NCBI GenBank assembly: GCA_965644315.1
Contig: CBFFRQ010000031.1
Span: 620,001-684,000, forward strand
Direction: 5' to 3'
Source of the DNA: Caecitellus pseudoparvulus
Taxonomy: Eukaryota; Protista; Bigyra: Bicosoecida
Length of the DNA: 64,000 bases
The notes under the pieces are model-generated. The model did not search any database. It saw only the letters and a list, made by a program, of their open reading frames with translations, and was not told the DNA's origin. Below, in pieces: positions 21,401 through 34,302 of this stretch (its first letter is position 1; every line of letters starts with the position of its first letter). The position numbers were made by a program, and so were the translations under genes.

Positions 21401-24038
21401 GCACGTTCTCCAGTGGCGGCGAACAGAGGAGGACCTGCGGGCAGAAGCTGCGACAGCAGCTGCTGAAGCACAGGCGCTCATGGAAAGGGAGGCCCCGCCG
21501 GTTCACAAGACCGTGGGACCTCCCCCTGTGACGCTGGAGCTTGTTCCGGAAGGTGAAGGGACAGCAGCGGCCCCCGCTGATCAGGATACCGTCCACGATG
21601 CAGCTCAGTCTCAGGCTGAGAGCGGGTCAGTTGGCAGCACAGTGGAATCGAAGGGGGGGCCGGGCCACGTGCTCTCGCCTGCTACGAACCCTGGCGGGGA
21701 TGGGAAGGCGAGCAGGGGCAGCCCTCCACTGACCTCAACAGGCATCGTTCGGCCGCACCCCATCGACGTTCCTCCCGCAAAGCATGTTGCGAAGGCTACC
21801 GCCGTTGCGACGACGCTGCCTGCCAGCGCCAGTGCCGCCGCCTCAAGTGCCGCTAGCAGGCTTGCGGCGCACTCCATGCTGACTCGCAAAGTCATTGAGG
21901 CTCAGCGGCTAATGACCGACAGCTCTATTCTCACAATGCGGCGTATTTTGTACGCACTCTTCGTCATTGTTGGCCTCCTGGCCATCATCCTGCTGGCTGT
22001 CTTACCTACGACTCGAACAGAGATATCCCTGCACACTTCTTCGCTGTACAGTGGCGGCAGGCGGGCCATCCTCTCACGCCTTGCACTGGAGCATGTCCGT
22101 GGCATGGAAGCAGCTGCAGGCGCGGACGGGAGCCGTGCTTTTGGTGCCGGGAATGCCAGCTTCTCATTGCACAGGTCCCTTCTCGGGGACGTGGCGGATG
22201 AGTTGGATGCTGTGAAAGAGGCACTCAATGCTGACATTCAGAGCCTTGACGGCAGCCAGCTGAATTTTGAGACTGACAGAACCATCTCTCGCACCTCTGC
22301 CGGTGGCACAGTGACTCTCATGAATCCGTCTGAAGCTACGGAAGATCTTCTCTCCAGCTTGCACGTGCTTCGATTCATGGATGCTGCGGAGCTCGTCACC
22401 GGGACCGGGCTGTCTCCGTATGCTGTGGAGGTGAAAGAAAACTCTAGAGAGCTGTCGGGGGCATTTTCCCAGTCAGCGAGCTTGAAACTGCGAGATTTGA
22501 ATGAGTTTGTTGCTGACGTCGGCCGCCTCGAGCTGATCGCCATGGCAGCTATCTTTGTCGTTGTGTTCTTGGCCATCGCTATCGCATTCTCGGTGCTCGT
22601 CCGGCGCCTTGCCACGAAACGAAGCTCAGCACTGTCTGTGTTCTTGCATGTTCCACCAGCAGCTGTGAAGCACATGAGAGACGAGACAGCAGCTCGCTTG
22701 GCAAGTCACAATCGGCGGGTCGCGTTGGAGACGGCAGGAGATGCAGAGGCAGGTAGCAACGATGGCGAGGACGATGACGATGTTGCTCCTGCAGGTCGGC
22801 TTGGCTCTGAGCCTGGCGTGAAGTCGGGTCTTGCAAGTGGTTCCCGGGCCCGCAGGGTCAGCTCTGCTCATCAGCCCATTGCCGCCCAAGATGGCCATGC
22901 AACAGAAGCTGCGGAGGAACAGTGGGACAGCTACTTCACTGCCAAGGCCCGCAGCAAGGCTGCGAAGCGACTTGGCCTCTCAGATGGAGCAGGGGCGTCA
23001 TCAGCGCCCTCCTCGAGAAGCAACCGATCTGTGCAGAGCCATTCTTTTTCTGAGCTTCGTCGCGGAACCGACAGCGCTAATTGGATGCAGTGGAGTGTTG
23101 CCAAAGTGCAAGCTCCAGTGGCATCTCTGGTTCTTTGGCTTGGCTTGGTGTATGCCATGGACTTCCTTGCGCATGGCGTTGTGAGGCAGGAAGTACAGCG
23201 GCTTTTCCTCGCACAACGCTTCTCAGAAACCTTCCCGGACATGCTTCACTTGTCAGTCGACCTGGTTGCCAATTCCTCTACCTCCTATAGGCCTGCGGCC
23301 GTGTCACAGCTGGTGCTCATGGAGTCCGATACGTTGAGGCGCATGCAGGCGGTGCTGTCTGGCACAGAGTACGTCGCAGTCTCACAACTCAGCAGCTCGC
23401 CCACCCTACAGCCACTGGAGGACACACGAACTGAGTTTTCAGCGCTGCTGTTGCAAGGCTGCGCAGGGCTTGCCAATGCTGCCAGCTGCAGCCAGTTCAG
23501 CGCAGGGGTCATCGACGCAGGCCTCATGACGGGAACTCACTCCTTCCTTGCAACTGTGCGCCGTGTTATTGGGGCAGTGGATGTCACAAACTCCTCTCAG
23601 ACTGTGTCGGAGCTTGAGCCCCTGGTCGGCGATGAAGTGAGGAGAGTGGCCGTCTTTGAACGCGAATTCTTTAGAACAGCCTTCGACAGCTTGGCAGCAA
23701 GCTTCAGAGATGCTTCACTCGAAGCTCAGCGTCAGTTCTCGAATGCTGAACTTGCCCTGACGCTCTCCTTTCTGGTCATTTTCCTTCTTTTCATCGGACC
23801 AGCTTATTTGCAACTCGTCACGTCCCTCGGCAGGACGGTCAAGGCCTCCCGCATACTGCTGACGGCGTTCCCCGAGCCCTTGATGTTCCGCATGCCCATG
23901 GTGCAAGCAGAAGTTCAGGGAATTGCACACCAGTTTACCTCGTCTCACTTCATGACCGCTGCTGCTGGGAGCGGCATGGACTCTGCGTTGGCCACGGTGC
24001 TGGGCAAAGGCTCTGGAATGGGTGGGCGCCAAGGATAG
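18445..24038 (+). CDS. TmcB/TmcC-like multi-pass membrane protein with TPR-like region and PAS domain (paralog B)
   Basis: Exons 18445-18738, 18871-18929, 19013-24038. N-terminal multi-TM block, TPR-like helices (AERHFKVLLTMNPEGVSVLRAYAAF), PAS (GEILSVNSAACRLLLRNRSDLVGSNISVIMPKPISTVHDQFL), then two TM-loop-TM modules. No catalytic domain recognised. Confidence 0.88.
19809..21147. repeat. Right arm of ~1.34 kb near-identical inverted repeat (partner 2458-3796)
   Basis: Direct comparison with the reverse complement of 2458-3796 shows only a handful of substitutions. Confidence 0.97.
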
Positions 24039-24432
24039 CCAGAGCTCACCAATCGGCTGGCTTTGGTTCGCTTCTTGTTTTCAAATGCACGTACGCCATA
24101 GCTTGTGTACAGTGCGCCGTGCACTTGCAGTGCGGGGAGCGAGGCACGCGTGGCAGGTCAGATGCTGCACCACTCAGCGACAAGCTGACATGTGCAATCA
24201 GTCCAAAAACCCAATTCTATCACACACGCGTCTTGTGAGGCCTGCTCTCCGCAAGCAAGGCTGAATGCAATGACTGCAGCTTCTTGCCCACCACTGCTTA
24301 CTGCGGATTTTGATGCAACCAAGCTGTCCCTGCAGCAGCTCCTGGGAAGCACTCCACAGTGTCCTGTGAACCCAGCACGTGCTCCATATTGATTTTCTCT
24401 TGGTCTTTTTGTTCGCATAGCTCACAGCATCG

Positions 24433-27400
24433 ATGCCACGTGAGTGCATTTGGCACTGCAAGTTGCAGGAGCACAACGCGGCGACATCGCGCGCGGCGGC
24501 CGCCATGAGCGTCCCGGAAGGACTGGGCAGGCCTTGATCAAAAGGAAAAAGTTCGCCCTGCTCTAATTACACTGTCTATGTTGTTCCTGCCGCTCCTTGC
24601 AGCTAAAGGCCCCCCTCCTGGCGCACCTCCACCGGGTGGCCCCCCGAAGAAAGCTCCTCCTCCAGGTATGCTGCAGTCTGCCTGAATTCCTGCTCCCACG
24701 AGATACACATGTACCATATGCAAATGCAGGTGGACCGCCTAAGGCTGCACCACCAGGCAAGGGACCGCCCAAGGCTGCACCACCGGGCAAGGGACCGCCC
24801 AAGGCCACACCACCGGGCAAGGGACCGCCCAAGGCTGCACCGCCAGGCAAGGGACCGCCCAAGGCTGCACCACCAGGGTCTGGTCCACCCAAGGCTGCGC
24901 CGCCAGGCAAGGGACCGCCCAAGGCTGCACCGCCAGGCAAGGGACCGCCCAAGGCTGCACCACCGGGCAAGGGACCGCCCAAGGCTGCACCACCAGGGTC
25001 TGGTCCACCCAAGGCCACACCACCGGGCAAGGGACCGCCCAAGGCTGCACCACCGGGCAAGGGACCGCCCAAGGCCACACCACCGGGCAAGGGACCGCCC
25101 AAGGCTGCACCACCAGGGTCTGGTCCACCCAAGGCCACACCACCGGGCAAGGGACCGCCCAAGGCTGCACCACCAGGGTCTGGTCCACCCAAGGCCACAC
25201 CACCGGGCAAGGGACCGCCCAAGGCTGCGCCGCCAGGCAAGGGACCGCCCAAGGCTGCACCACCAGGGTCTGGTCCACCCAAGGCCACACCACCGGGCAA
25301 GGGACCGCCCAAGGCCACACCACCGGGCAAGGGACCGCCCAAGGCTGCACCACCGGGCAAGGGACCGCCCAAGGCTGCACCACCAGGGTCTGGTCCACCC
25401 AAGGCCACACCACCGGGCAAGGGACCGCCCAAGGCTGCGCCGCCAGGCAAGGGACCGCCCAAGGCTGCACCACCAGGGTCTGGTCCACCCAAGGCCACAC
25501 CACCGGGCAAGGGACCGCCCAAGGCTGCACCGCCAGGGTCTGGTCCACCCAAGGCCACACCACCGGGCAAGGGACCGCCCAAGGCTGCACCACCGGGCAA
25601 GTCTTCACCAGGTAAGTCCCCTCCCCCGAAGTCTCCACAGCCAGGCAAAGGACCCCGGCGAGTTTCTGTTTCTGGGAAGAAGCCGACCCCACCAGGAGCA
25701 GGAGGGAAGAAAACCCCACCTGCATCTTTGGGCCCTCCGCCCAGTGCCGTGGCAGGAAAGTCATCCGGAAGAGGCCCACCTCCAGGTGCGAAGAAACCTG
25801 CACCTTCCCCAGCAGCGGGCAGAGGCCCACCTCCAGGTGCGAAGAAACCTGCACCTTCCCCAGCAGCGGGCAGAGGCCCACCTCCAGGTGCGAAGAAACC
25901 TGCGCCTTCCCCAGCAGCGGGCAGAGGCCCACCTCCAGGTGCGAAGAAACCTGCGCCTTCCCCAGCAGCGGGCAGAGGCCCACCTCCAGGTGCGAAGAAA
26001 CCTGCGCCTTCCCCAGCGGCAGGCAAGGATCCACCTCCAGGTGCGAAGAAACCTTCACCCTCTGATGAATCCGATAGTCAGCCATCTCCTGTCGCAGTGA
26101 AGTCCATCGGTACCTCAAGTGGTCAGACAAAGCCTTCTGCAACCTCAGGGCCTCGTGGTCCAGCTGCTGGCGGGCCGGGGCCTCGTGGTCCAGCTGCTGG
26201 CGGGCCAGGGCCTCGTGGTCCAGCTGCTGGCGGGCCAGGGCCTCGTGGTCCAGCTGCTGGCGGGCCAGGGCCTCGTGGTCCAGCTGCTGGCGGGCCAGGG
26301 CCTCGTGGTCCAGCTGCTGGCGGGCCAGGGCCTCGTGGTCCAGCTGCTGGCGGGCCAGGGCCTCGTGGTCCAGCTGCTGGCGGGCCGGGGCCTCGTGGTC
26401 CACCACCGACAGGGTCCAAGAAGCCTGTGGGTGCTCCAGGATCAGAAGCAACCTTGAGCACAACCGCAGAAAAGCAAGCACCATCCCAGCCCCAGGAGAG
26501 TGGCCCCCGTGGTCCAGGGCCTCGTGGTCCAGCTGCTGGCGGGCCAGGGCCTCGTGGTCCAGCTGCTGGCGGGCCGGGGCCTCGTGGTCCAGCTGCTGGC
26601 GGGCCGGGGCCTCGTGGTCCAGCTGCTGGCGGGCCGGGGCCTCGTGGTCCAGCTGCTGGCGGGCCGGGGCCTCGTGGTCCAGCTGCTGGCGGGCCAGGGC
26701 CTCGTGGTCCAGCTGCTGGCGGGCCAGGGCCTCGTGGTCCAGCTGCTGGCGGGCCAGGGCCTCGTGGTCCAGCTGCTGGCGGGCCAGGGCCTCGTGGTCC
26801 AGCTGCCCCGAGCCCTGCTTTGGCAGCCAAGCCAGCAGAGGCTACGACAGGCTCCGCCCCAAGTTCAGTGGGCGCAGCGAGCCCCAGTCAGAGCGCTTCC
26901 AGCAAGGCGCCTCGAGACATGGTGGAGAGTTTGGCTACTGTCAAGTACGCATCTTTGGTGGATGGTGAGCAGGACAGGGTTCGTGAAGGAAACCAGGCAA
27001 GCACTGTCACAGTTGGAGCGAGCGCAGCTCAGCGCCCCTCACAGGTGAAATCTGCAGGCAGCAACCCTGCAGCGGGAGGACATGCCAGCAAGGCAAGGCC
27101 AGGACACCTGTCGGCTGCTGAGTTGGAGCGCCGCGTGCGTGAGTCTCGAGCACAAATCGCGGAGCTGCGGCAGCATTTGCAAGCAGTGGAGGCCAGCCAC
27201 TCTTCAATGCTGCGCGAGGTGGAGGTATTGGCTACAACCTCCCCCCCTTCACCACAATCCGAGCGTTTAAAGGCTTTGGTTCAGGAACGCAAGGAGCAGA
27301 TGCAGGGCAGTTCAGTGGCAGAAGCCCCGCCTGCTTTGCACACTGTCCATGTGGGCACTGGCAGGCCTGACTCGCACAAATGGGCCGCAGAGGCGGGTGG

Positions 27401-28433
27401 GCGGTATGGCATGGTCAGCCACTCTGGGGGACATTCACCAAACCGCGGGTCTGAGCGTATTGCACTGATCTCTCCTGCCAATGTCGCAGCTGAGTATGCC
27501 CCGGGGATGTCGCAGTCGCAGACAGCGCATCGGCAGCATGCTGGCCGGCGCGGGGCGTCGCAAGACACGCGCGCTTCGGCGAAGTCAAGGCAGGGGGTCT
27601 TCGCAGCCGCTGCAGCAGCGGCTGCCATGAGGCGCCGTGCTCAAGTCGCCCAGCAGCAGCATGCTGCATCGCATGCCCTGAGCGCGTATGGACACCCACC
27701 GTTTCACAGCCAGCCACCTCAACCATCGCTGTCCCCGGAGCGCCGAAGGGAGTATGGGTCCCCAGGCATGGCACAGCGGGAAGGGGCTGCTTTTTCCCAC
27801 GCTCATCGCGGGCAGCAGGCCTTCGAGCTTCCAAGTGGTATGTTCGGGCAGTCCCCACTGCCAAGTGCGCTGGCGCCTCCTGCTGGCCTCTGGTCCAGCC
27901 CTGGTGCAGTCAGCCGCGTGCCAGAGGAAGCACGCGAACACAAGGCAAGCAGGCGCAGTGACCGGCCAAGCAAACGTGTCAAGAAGTCGAAGAAGAAGAG
28001 CAAGCGAGCGAAGCGTTCAAAGTCCGACCAAGTGTCAGCCGTGGCACCTCCTCAGCCCAAATCAAGGAGCACGGGAGGCCAAGGACCAGCCTTGTCGCCT
28101 GTTGCGCGGCGTGGGTACGACTACTATACCGCCCGTGCCCGCCAAGCTGACCGAGGGCAGCCTTCGTCGGAGTGGGATCAGGTGGGTCAGCCTCATGGAG
28201 GTCACTTCCAGGCTCCAGCTACGCTGCCACCAGCACCACCTGCAGCGTTTGTACCGGGTCGCCACGCCCCCGGCCAGTTCCCGCAGCACGTGCACGAGTA
28301 CCAGCAGCACCAGCAGTGGAGTCCATCTGGCATCCCGTCCATCTCCCCTGTGCGCCCAGCAGCGCCAGTCCATGGAGAGTACGCACACCTGCCACATAGC
28401 AAGTACTCCATGGGAAACCAGCTGTTCTATTAA
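24433..28433 (+). CDS. Large Pro/Gly/Lys-rich tandem-repeat protein with central coiled coil and basic C-terminal patch
   Basis: Proposed exons 24433-24439 (ATGCCAC|GTGAGT), 24603-24665, 24730-28433, giving MPPKGPPPGAPPPGGPPKK... Coiled coil AELERRVRESRAQIAELRQHL; basic patch KRVKKSKKKSKRAKRSK. Confidence 0.75.
24732..25600 (+). repeat. Coding 30-bp minisatellite, ~29 units (GPPKA[A/T]PPG[K/S])
   Basis: Unit ggaccgcccaaggctgcaccaccgggcaag with recurring variants. Confidence 0.95.
25771..26053 (+). repeat. Coding 51-bp tandem repeat, ~5.5 units (GPPPGAKKPAPSPAAGR)
   Basis: Unit gaggcccacctccaggtgcgaagaaacctgcaccttccccagcagcgggca at 25771, 25822 and onward. Confidence 0.95.
26148..26806 (+). 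repeat. Two blocks (26148-26402, 26517-26806) of a coding 30-bp repeat (GPRGPAAGGP)
   Basis: Unit gggcctcgtggtccagctgctggcgggcc[a/g], about 8 and 9 copies separated by a unique spacer. Confidence 0.95.
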
Positions 28434-28485
28434 AAGAACGATGGGCCACCGGCAATGCATTGCCATACTTCAACCAGCTGGATGC

Positions 28486-29776
28486 TCAGTCGGAGCTGCT
28501 GGGTTTGGACAGGTGCTGAGAGGTCGAAGCCCAAGCTTGCAGGGTCTTGAGGGCTGTGAGCAGCGGCAGGCGTGTGAGGGTGCGGCGAAGAAGGCGCAAG
28601 CAAAGAACATGAAAGCATACCTGAACCCGACTGCAGCGCTGCAAATGCAGCCTCATAGCCAGCTTGGATAGAGCTTTCTCGTCCTGCAACATACAGAGCA
28701 GCTCCCGCATTCAATGCGATCGTGCGGCCGACGTGGCAATCTGCTGCTGAGCCTCCAACGAAAACAGCGCGGATGGTCTCGGCGTTGTCTTCGGGGGACC
28801 CGCCTTGTAGGTCTGCGATGTCACATGCTGGCATCCACTGTCGGGGATCCACTCGGCTGCTTGACACGGATCCACCTTCCTGGATTTCCCGGATGTCTGC
28901 CTCTGCAACCGGCGCCAGTTCGTCGAGGCCACCACAGTGCACGACGAGGGCGTGGCGCACGCCGAGGGCAGCGAGGGCGGATGCATAGACGTCCAAAATG
29001 GCGGGGCTGTACACCCCCAGCATGAGGCGCTGAGCTCCAGTGGGATTTAGCAGCGGGCCAAGAATGTTGAAGATGGTTCGCATCTTCAGCGCCTTGCGCA
29101 CCGGCGCCACAACCCCCATGGCAGGGTGAAACAAGGGAGCAAACATGAACGCAATGCCGCAAGCTTCAATGCATGGCCCGATGCTACTCGGCTCCAACAT
29201 AGCAATGCCGAGTGTCTGTAGAACGTCTGCGCTGCCACTACGAGAGGAAACCGACACGGAGCCGTGCTTTGCCACAGGCACGCCGCAGGCGGCAGCGAGG
29301 ATGGCGGCCGAGGTGGAGATGTTCACGGTGTTGTGCCCGTCACCCCCAGTTCCGACGATGTCAACGAGGTCATCAGGCTTCAAACTAGCTGGAAGTGCAA
29401 CGGGCTTCGCCTTTTGCCGCATCGCCTTAACAAACCCTGCACAAAGCGGGTCCTAGTGCCTTGGCGTGCTGCGGAATTCGCTTGCGATTGCACGAACCTG
29501 ACAACTCCTCTGCACTCTCCCCTTTGGCTCGAAGCAGGGCGATGAAGGCAGAGACTTGACATTCGTGGACTATTGTGGGTGTTGGGGGGCGGGGGGGGGT
29601 ACTGGGCGGCTTGTCATCGACAAGGCGCAGTCTATGGGCTCACCTGCACCCTCAGCGATCAGCGTCACAGCTTGCTGCGCCTCTTTCTCCGACAACCCTT
29701 CGCCGCTACACAACGCCTCCATCCATCCCCGAAACAGCACAGGGACATCAACCGTCTGGGAGGTCGAGGCTGCCAT
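28486..29776 (-). CDS. trpD: Anthranilate phosphoribosyltransferase
   Basis: Four exons. Motifs QVSAFIALLRAKGESAEEL, VDIVGTGGDG, NISTSAA, VAKHG, SSRSGSADVL, RTIFNILGPLLNP, GLDE; last exon LKTLQAW..SD*. Confidence 0.95.
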
Positions 29777-30175
29777 GGTGGTTCTGTGCGACTGTTCAGG
29801 GGCGCGAACAGAGTGCGGTCTCTATCCAGGAGGCCTGGCTCCTGCTGCTGCCTTGCACACACTCCTTCGAAGTTTGTGTGGGAATACACCAACCAAGTTT
29901 CCTTGGCACAATTCTGAGCGGGGGGGCGCAGATTTCAAGCTGCACGTAGGGCTGGGAGGGTGGAATGTGGAAAACTGAATTCACAGCGCTGAGAAATGAA
30001 GAATTTTAGCAAAGAGTAGTAGCAGGATGTATCCTCCCTTGACCTTTTTCTGGCTGACCGCCCGGTTGTGCCTTGCGCTCCATTCCCACGGAGCGAGCAA
30101 AACTACACTTCTCCACTCTAAATCGACTCAGCCCATCCTCGCGTCCCCATCCCCGTGCATCAAGCCGCTTCAACC

Positions 30176-31046
30176 ATGCGTCTCGCCGCCTTCGCCCTCG
30201 TGGTGGCCTCTTGCGCCATGCTCAGCGTGGAGGCCCGCAAGAAGGTGTGTGCTTGACACACGCCTTGTTGCGCGGCAAACCGAAGGTGTACTGAGAAGTA
30301 TTTGCTCCTCGCAGCCTCAAGTTACTGACAAGGTCTTCTTTGATGTGGAGATCGATGGCGAGCCTGCAGGTGAGCCCGAGCAGGTCTTGTACACCACGCC
30401 AACGTGCACTGATTCCGCATGCCACCGGCGCTGCTGTGACCACAGGCCGCATCGTGATGGGTCTGTTCGGAAAGGTCGTGCCCAAGACCGCAGAGAACTT
30501 TCGGTGAGTGCGGCAGCAGTTGCTCCACGCCTCTGGTGTTTGCTGGAGGCTGTGCCTTGAACTGGCGCCACGTGTGTCCTTGGGCGTGCCACTCGCCGGC
30601 ACTGGAGCAACCCTCCTCGCTATTGCAGTGCTCTGTGCACCGGTGAGAAGGGAACTGGCACCTCTGGCAAGCCACTGCACTACAAGGGCTCTTCCTTCCA
30701 CCGCGTGATTCCCAACTTCATGATCCAGGGCGGTGACTTCACCCACGGCAACGGCATGGGTGGCGAGAGCATCTACGGTCAGAAGTTCCAGGACGAGAAC
30801 TTCAAGCTGAAGCACACCGGTGCAGGCATCCTGTCCATGGCGAACAGCGGCCCCGACACGAACGGTTCTCAGTTCTTCATCACCACCGTCAAGACCTCTT
30901 GGCTGGACGACCGGCACGTTGTCTTCGGCAAGGTGCTTGAGGGTATGGATGTCGTGCGCGCAGTGGAGGGCAAGGGCAGCGGCAACGGCAAGCCCAGCGC
31001 AAAGATCACCATCGCCGATTCGGGCGTCCTGGAGCTCGACGCATGA
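30176..31046 (+). CDS. PPIB: Cyclophilin-type PPIase, secretory (cyclophilin B-like)
   Basis: Signal peptide [20 protein letters not shown] and 3 introns. [52 protein letters not shown]. Confidence 0.95.
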
Positions 31047-31279
31047 AGCTCTTCGTGATCCGGGTGCAGTGAATGCACTTGCACTGCTAAAGAGGTCTGC
31101 GTGACAGCACAGCGCTTTCACCTGTTTGGGTGCTCTGACAGTCCGACATGCGGGACGGGCAACCAAAAATCTTACCAACACCTGCTCCCCTCCCTGCAGC
31201 TTCTCTCTCAACTGCCTTTCTTATTCCTGCAGTCAACTTGAGAAACGCTTGGAGCAGTGCCAGCGGAATTTGCTTCACG

Positions 31280-31976
31280 ATGCGGTCTCTTTTCAGTGCG
31301 TTGTGTGCACCTGTAGCGAAGACAGCGGCACAATGCTTCACCCCATGCCGCAGTTGCACTTGGAGTTGTGGGCATAGTGGCTGCTCTGGGATGGGAGCAC
31401 TTGGCTGCGCTGACTGGGCTGTCATTGACTTGCCCTGTGCTCTTGCGCAAGGGAGCCAGCGCTGGCTCAGTGGCATTGCTGCTGAACTCTGCAGGGGCAC
31501 GGTGGGCGCTGCCGACATACACTCGCGACGAACTCCCCCAGTGCGTGCAGATGGCTCCTAGTGCAGGGCATGCTCTTCACTGCATAGCTCACCCGTGCAG
31601 GTACAAAGGCTACGACGGGCAGCCCATCTTGCTCGCGTTCAATGGGGACGTCTTCGATGTGTCGACCGGGGCACGGTTCTATGGGCCGGAAGGCGGCTAC
31701 AAAATCTTCGCTGGCGTCGATGCCACTCGTAGCTTGTCCATGGGGTCACTGGACGAGGCTGACGTGGAACTCCCGAAGTGTGCTGATTTGTCAGACTTCA
31801 AGCAGCATGACTGGACAAGTTTCTTCGAGCAGCACGCATTCTATGCAGAGAAGTACACACGGGTCGGCCGCCTTGTTGGCTCCGATGGGAGCCCTGTCAC
31901 GTACCTGCTGCCCGGTGCGAGGGAGGTGGAATCTCCAGTTCAGAAGGTGCATGTGAAGAAAGACACGAAGCTGTAG
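31280..31976 (+). CDS. Cytochrome b5-like heme/steroid-binding protein (MAPR family: PGRMC/Dap1/neudesin-like)
   Basis: YKGYDGQPILLAFNGDVFDVSTGARFYGPEGGYKIFAGVDATRSL..KYTRVGRL. Hydrophobic N-terminus after splicing (MRSLFIALGVVGIVAAL); 5' exon structure tentative. Confidence 0.88.
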
Positions 31977-32832
31977 CGTGCACCGGCCTCCTGTGGGGTG
32001 CGGCGACTGCTGAGCAACGCCAGCACAGATTTGGATCACAATTTCGTTGTGTGGTGCGTGTGATGGACACCTTGGCCACGTTCAGCCTGGCTGACCATGC
32101 CTGCACGGTAGCAGTCGACAGCCTCTGGTCCAACGCAGGTGACGGAGCCCAGCAACCGTCCGTCTATTCGCCCAAGATGCTTGTCCAGCTGCATCTCAGC
32201 GCGGCATCGGGGGGGTTTCTACAAACCTGTGCGTCCCATGCGCGCAGCCAGTTTCGGACGGCACTGCCACCAGGCCTCACTGAGCGGCTCGGCTACCCGT
32301 GGTGCAGGACAAGGTGCAGTGCACTGTACGCGCAATACGACAACGTAAGAGACTCCTGGTGGCAGGCCAGGTCTTCATCTCATGACTTGGTGACGAGGGG
32401 GGAGCGTGGTGTCGTCCACTGCGCACAGAGGTGTTTGTGGGGCCTTTCGGGCATGAACCTACAGTTGTCACCCGAGAAGGCCGAATGCATGGCATAAGAA
32501 AGAGGCAACGATACGTGCATTCAAGAGCAAGTGCCCTCCAACATTGTTTCGCTTCCGTTTCTGACGCGGTAGGTTGTGGGTGTTGGCCGGCACCATCGCC
32601 ACCGGGCAGGCGTTCAGCACGGCAGGGTTTGGAGACAAATCCCAGCGCCCACTGCAGCAGAGCAGCAGCCAGGCCAGCTCAGCCACCTTAAGCCAGGGCT
32701 CGGGTGCTGACACTGTTCCGCGCTCGGTGCCCTCAGTCGCCTCGCAGCATCGTCCCGCACACTGCCGTTGGCTTGCGTTTTGTCCAGCGCTGAAACGCCG
32801 CAAGACACCAAGTTTGGGGCTCCCTGGGCGAC

Positions 32833-34302
32833 ATGGCGGCCGCTGAAGCACCTCCAGCGACACAAGGCCCCCGTTACGTCCCAGTTAAGCAGCTGAAGGG
32901 CCACAAGCGCGGGGTCGCTCGAACTGTCTTCTCGCCAGACGGCACCAAGCTCGCCTCAGCGTCGGCGGACAAGACTGCCATCATTTGGGACACCGCGTCA
33001 GGGACGGTGCTTCACGTCCTTGGCGGGCACGAGCGTGGCTTGTCTGACATTGCATGGTCAGCATCAGGGGAGCACCTCGTCACCGCTTCCGATGACGCCA
33101 CTGCTCGCGTGTGGGAGGTGAACACTGTGGGTGTGCGAGGCTGTGGTTCACAGTTTGAACTGGCCAAGCGCCCTGGTGATCTCGCGGCACCCGTGCTTCC
33201 TGCTCCCACCTGTACAGGGCAAGTGCGTGGTTGTTTTGCGTGGCCACACGAACTACATCATGTGCGTGGACTACAACCCTCAAATGGACTTGGTTGCAAC
33301 TGGCAGCCATGACGAGAGCGTGCGGGTGTGGAATGCCAAGGACGGCACTTGCCAGAAGGTGCTCCCTGCACACTCTGACCCAGTCACATCAGTTCAATTC
33401 CACCCCACGGGGACACTTCTTTTGACTGCTAGCTTCGACGGGGTTGTGTACGTACCAGTAGCCGCCAAGCCCGTCATGACAGGACCGCTTGCAAGCACTT
33501 CTCGCACTCGCGTCCCCCTTCACCCGGATCTCAGACGGCTGTGGGATGTTGCCTCAGGCCAGTGCATGAAGACGCTGATTGACGACTTGTCACCTGCTGT
33601 GTGAGTCTGAGTGTGCGCGGGGGGGGTTCCCTCGCCGTTGTTTAGCTTGGCTCAGCCTGCTGACTGGCGCGCTCCTCTCACGATCGCAGTTCACATGCTC
33701 GGTTTTCCCCCAACGGCAAGTACATCCTCGCTTCCACGCTGAACAGTGAAATCCGCCTGTGGGACTACCAGAAAGCCTCCTCGAAAGGCTCTTTTGTGCG
33801 CCAGTTTCGTGGTCACGTGAACAAGCAGTTCTGCTTGTTCACGGACTTTGCGACAGTCCACGGCGTGCACGTAGTGTCAGGCAGTGAAGACGGCACTGTT
33901 TGCATCTGGGACCTGCAAAGCAAGGCCTTGGTGCAGCAGCTCGAAGGCCACTCGTGTGTGCCAATCTCCGTCTCGTGCCACCCGACGCTGCCCGTGTTGG
34001 CAACTTCCACATTGGAGCCAGAGAACTCAATCGTGCTGTGGGTGGACCAGGCTGCACCGGCACCCGTAGCTGTGGCCACCTCTGCCCCTAGCGCCTTTGA
34101 TGGCCTTGGTCTGCCTGCAGGGGCTCCGACCGCAGCAGCCCCCCCTGTGTCGGCTGCGCCCACGGCTCCTTCTGCAACTGCACAGGGTCAGGCCACAGCG
34201 GGCCCTCTCCCTGCCTCATCAAGTACTGAAGGCGCTTCACAGGTGCCCTTGCCCCCCACTGGCGGCTTAAAGCGACCGAGAGATGATGGTGGTCCCCAGT
34301 GA
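32833..34302 (+). CDS. WDR5: WD40 protein WDR5/SWD3 (COMPASS subunit)
   Basis: Three introns and seven WD repeats. Hallmarks VLPAHSDPVTSVQF, CMKTLIDD, RFSPNGKYILASTL, GHVNKQFCLF, VSGSED. Confidence 0.9.

Noticed and set aside
24732-26806. CRISPR-like array or true collagen
   Set aside because: The units are contiguous without unique spacers, there are no cas genes, and the period is 10 aa rather than uninterrupted G-X-Y.
24563-26830. Long alternative-frame ORFs (487, 463, 581, 235 aa) over the repeats
   Set aside because: These are by-products of stop-free repeat units whose lengths are multiples of 3. Only the frame continuing to 28433 has unique downstream sequence.
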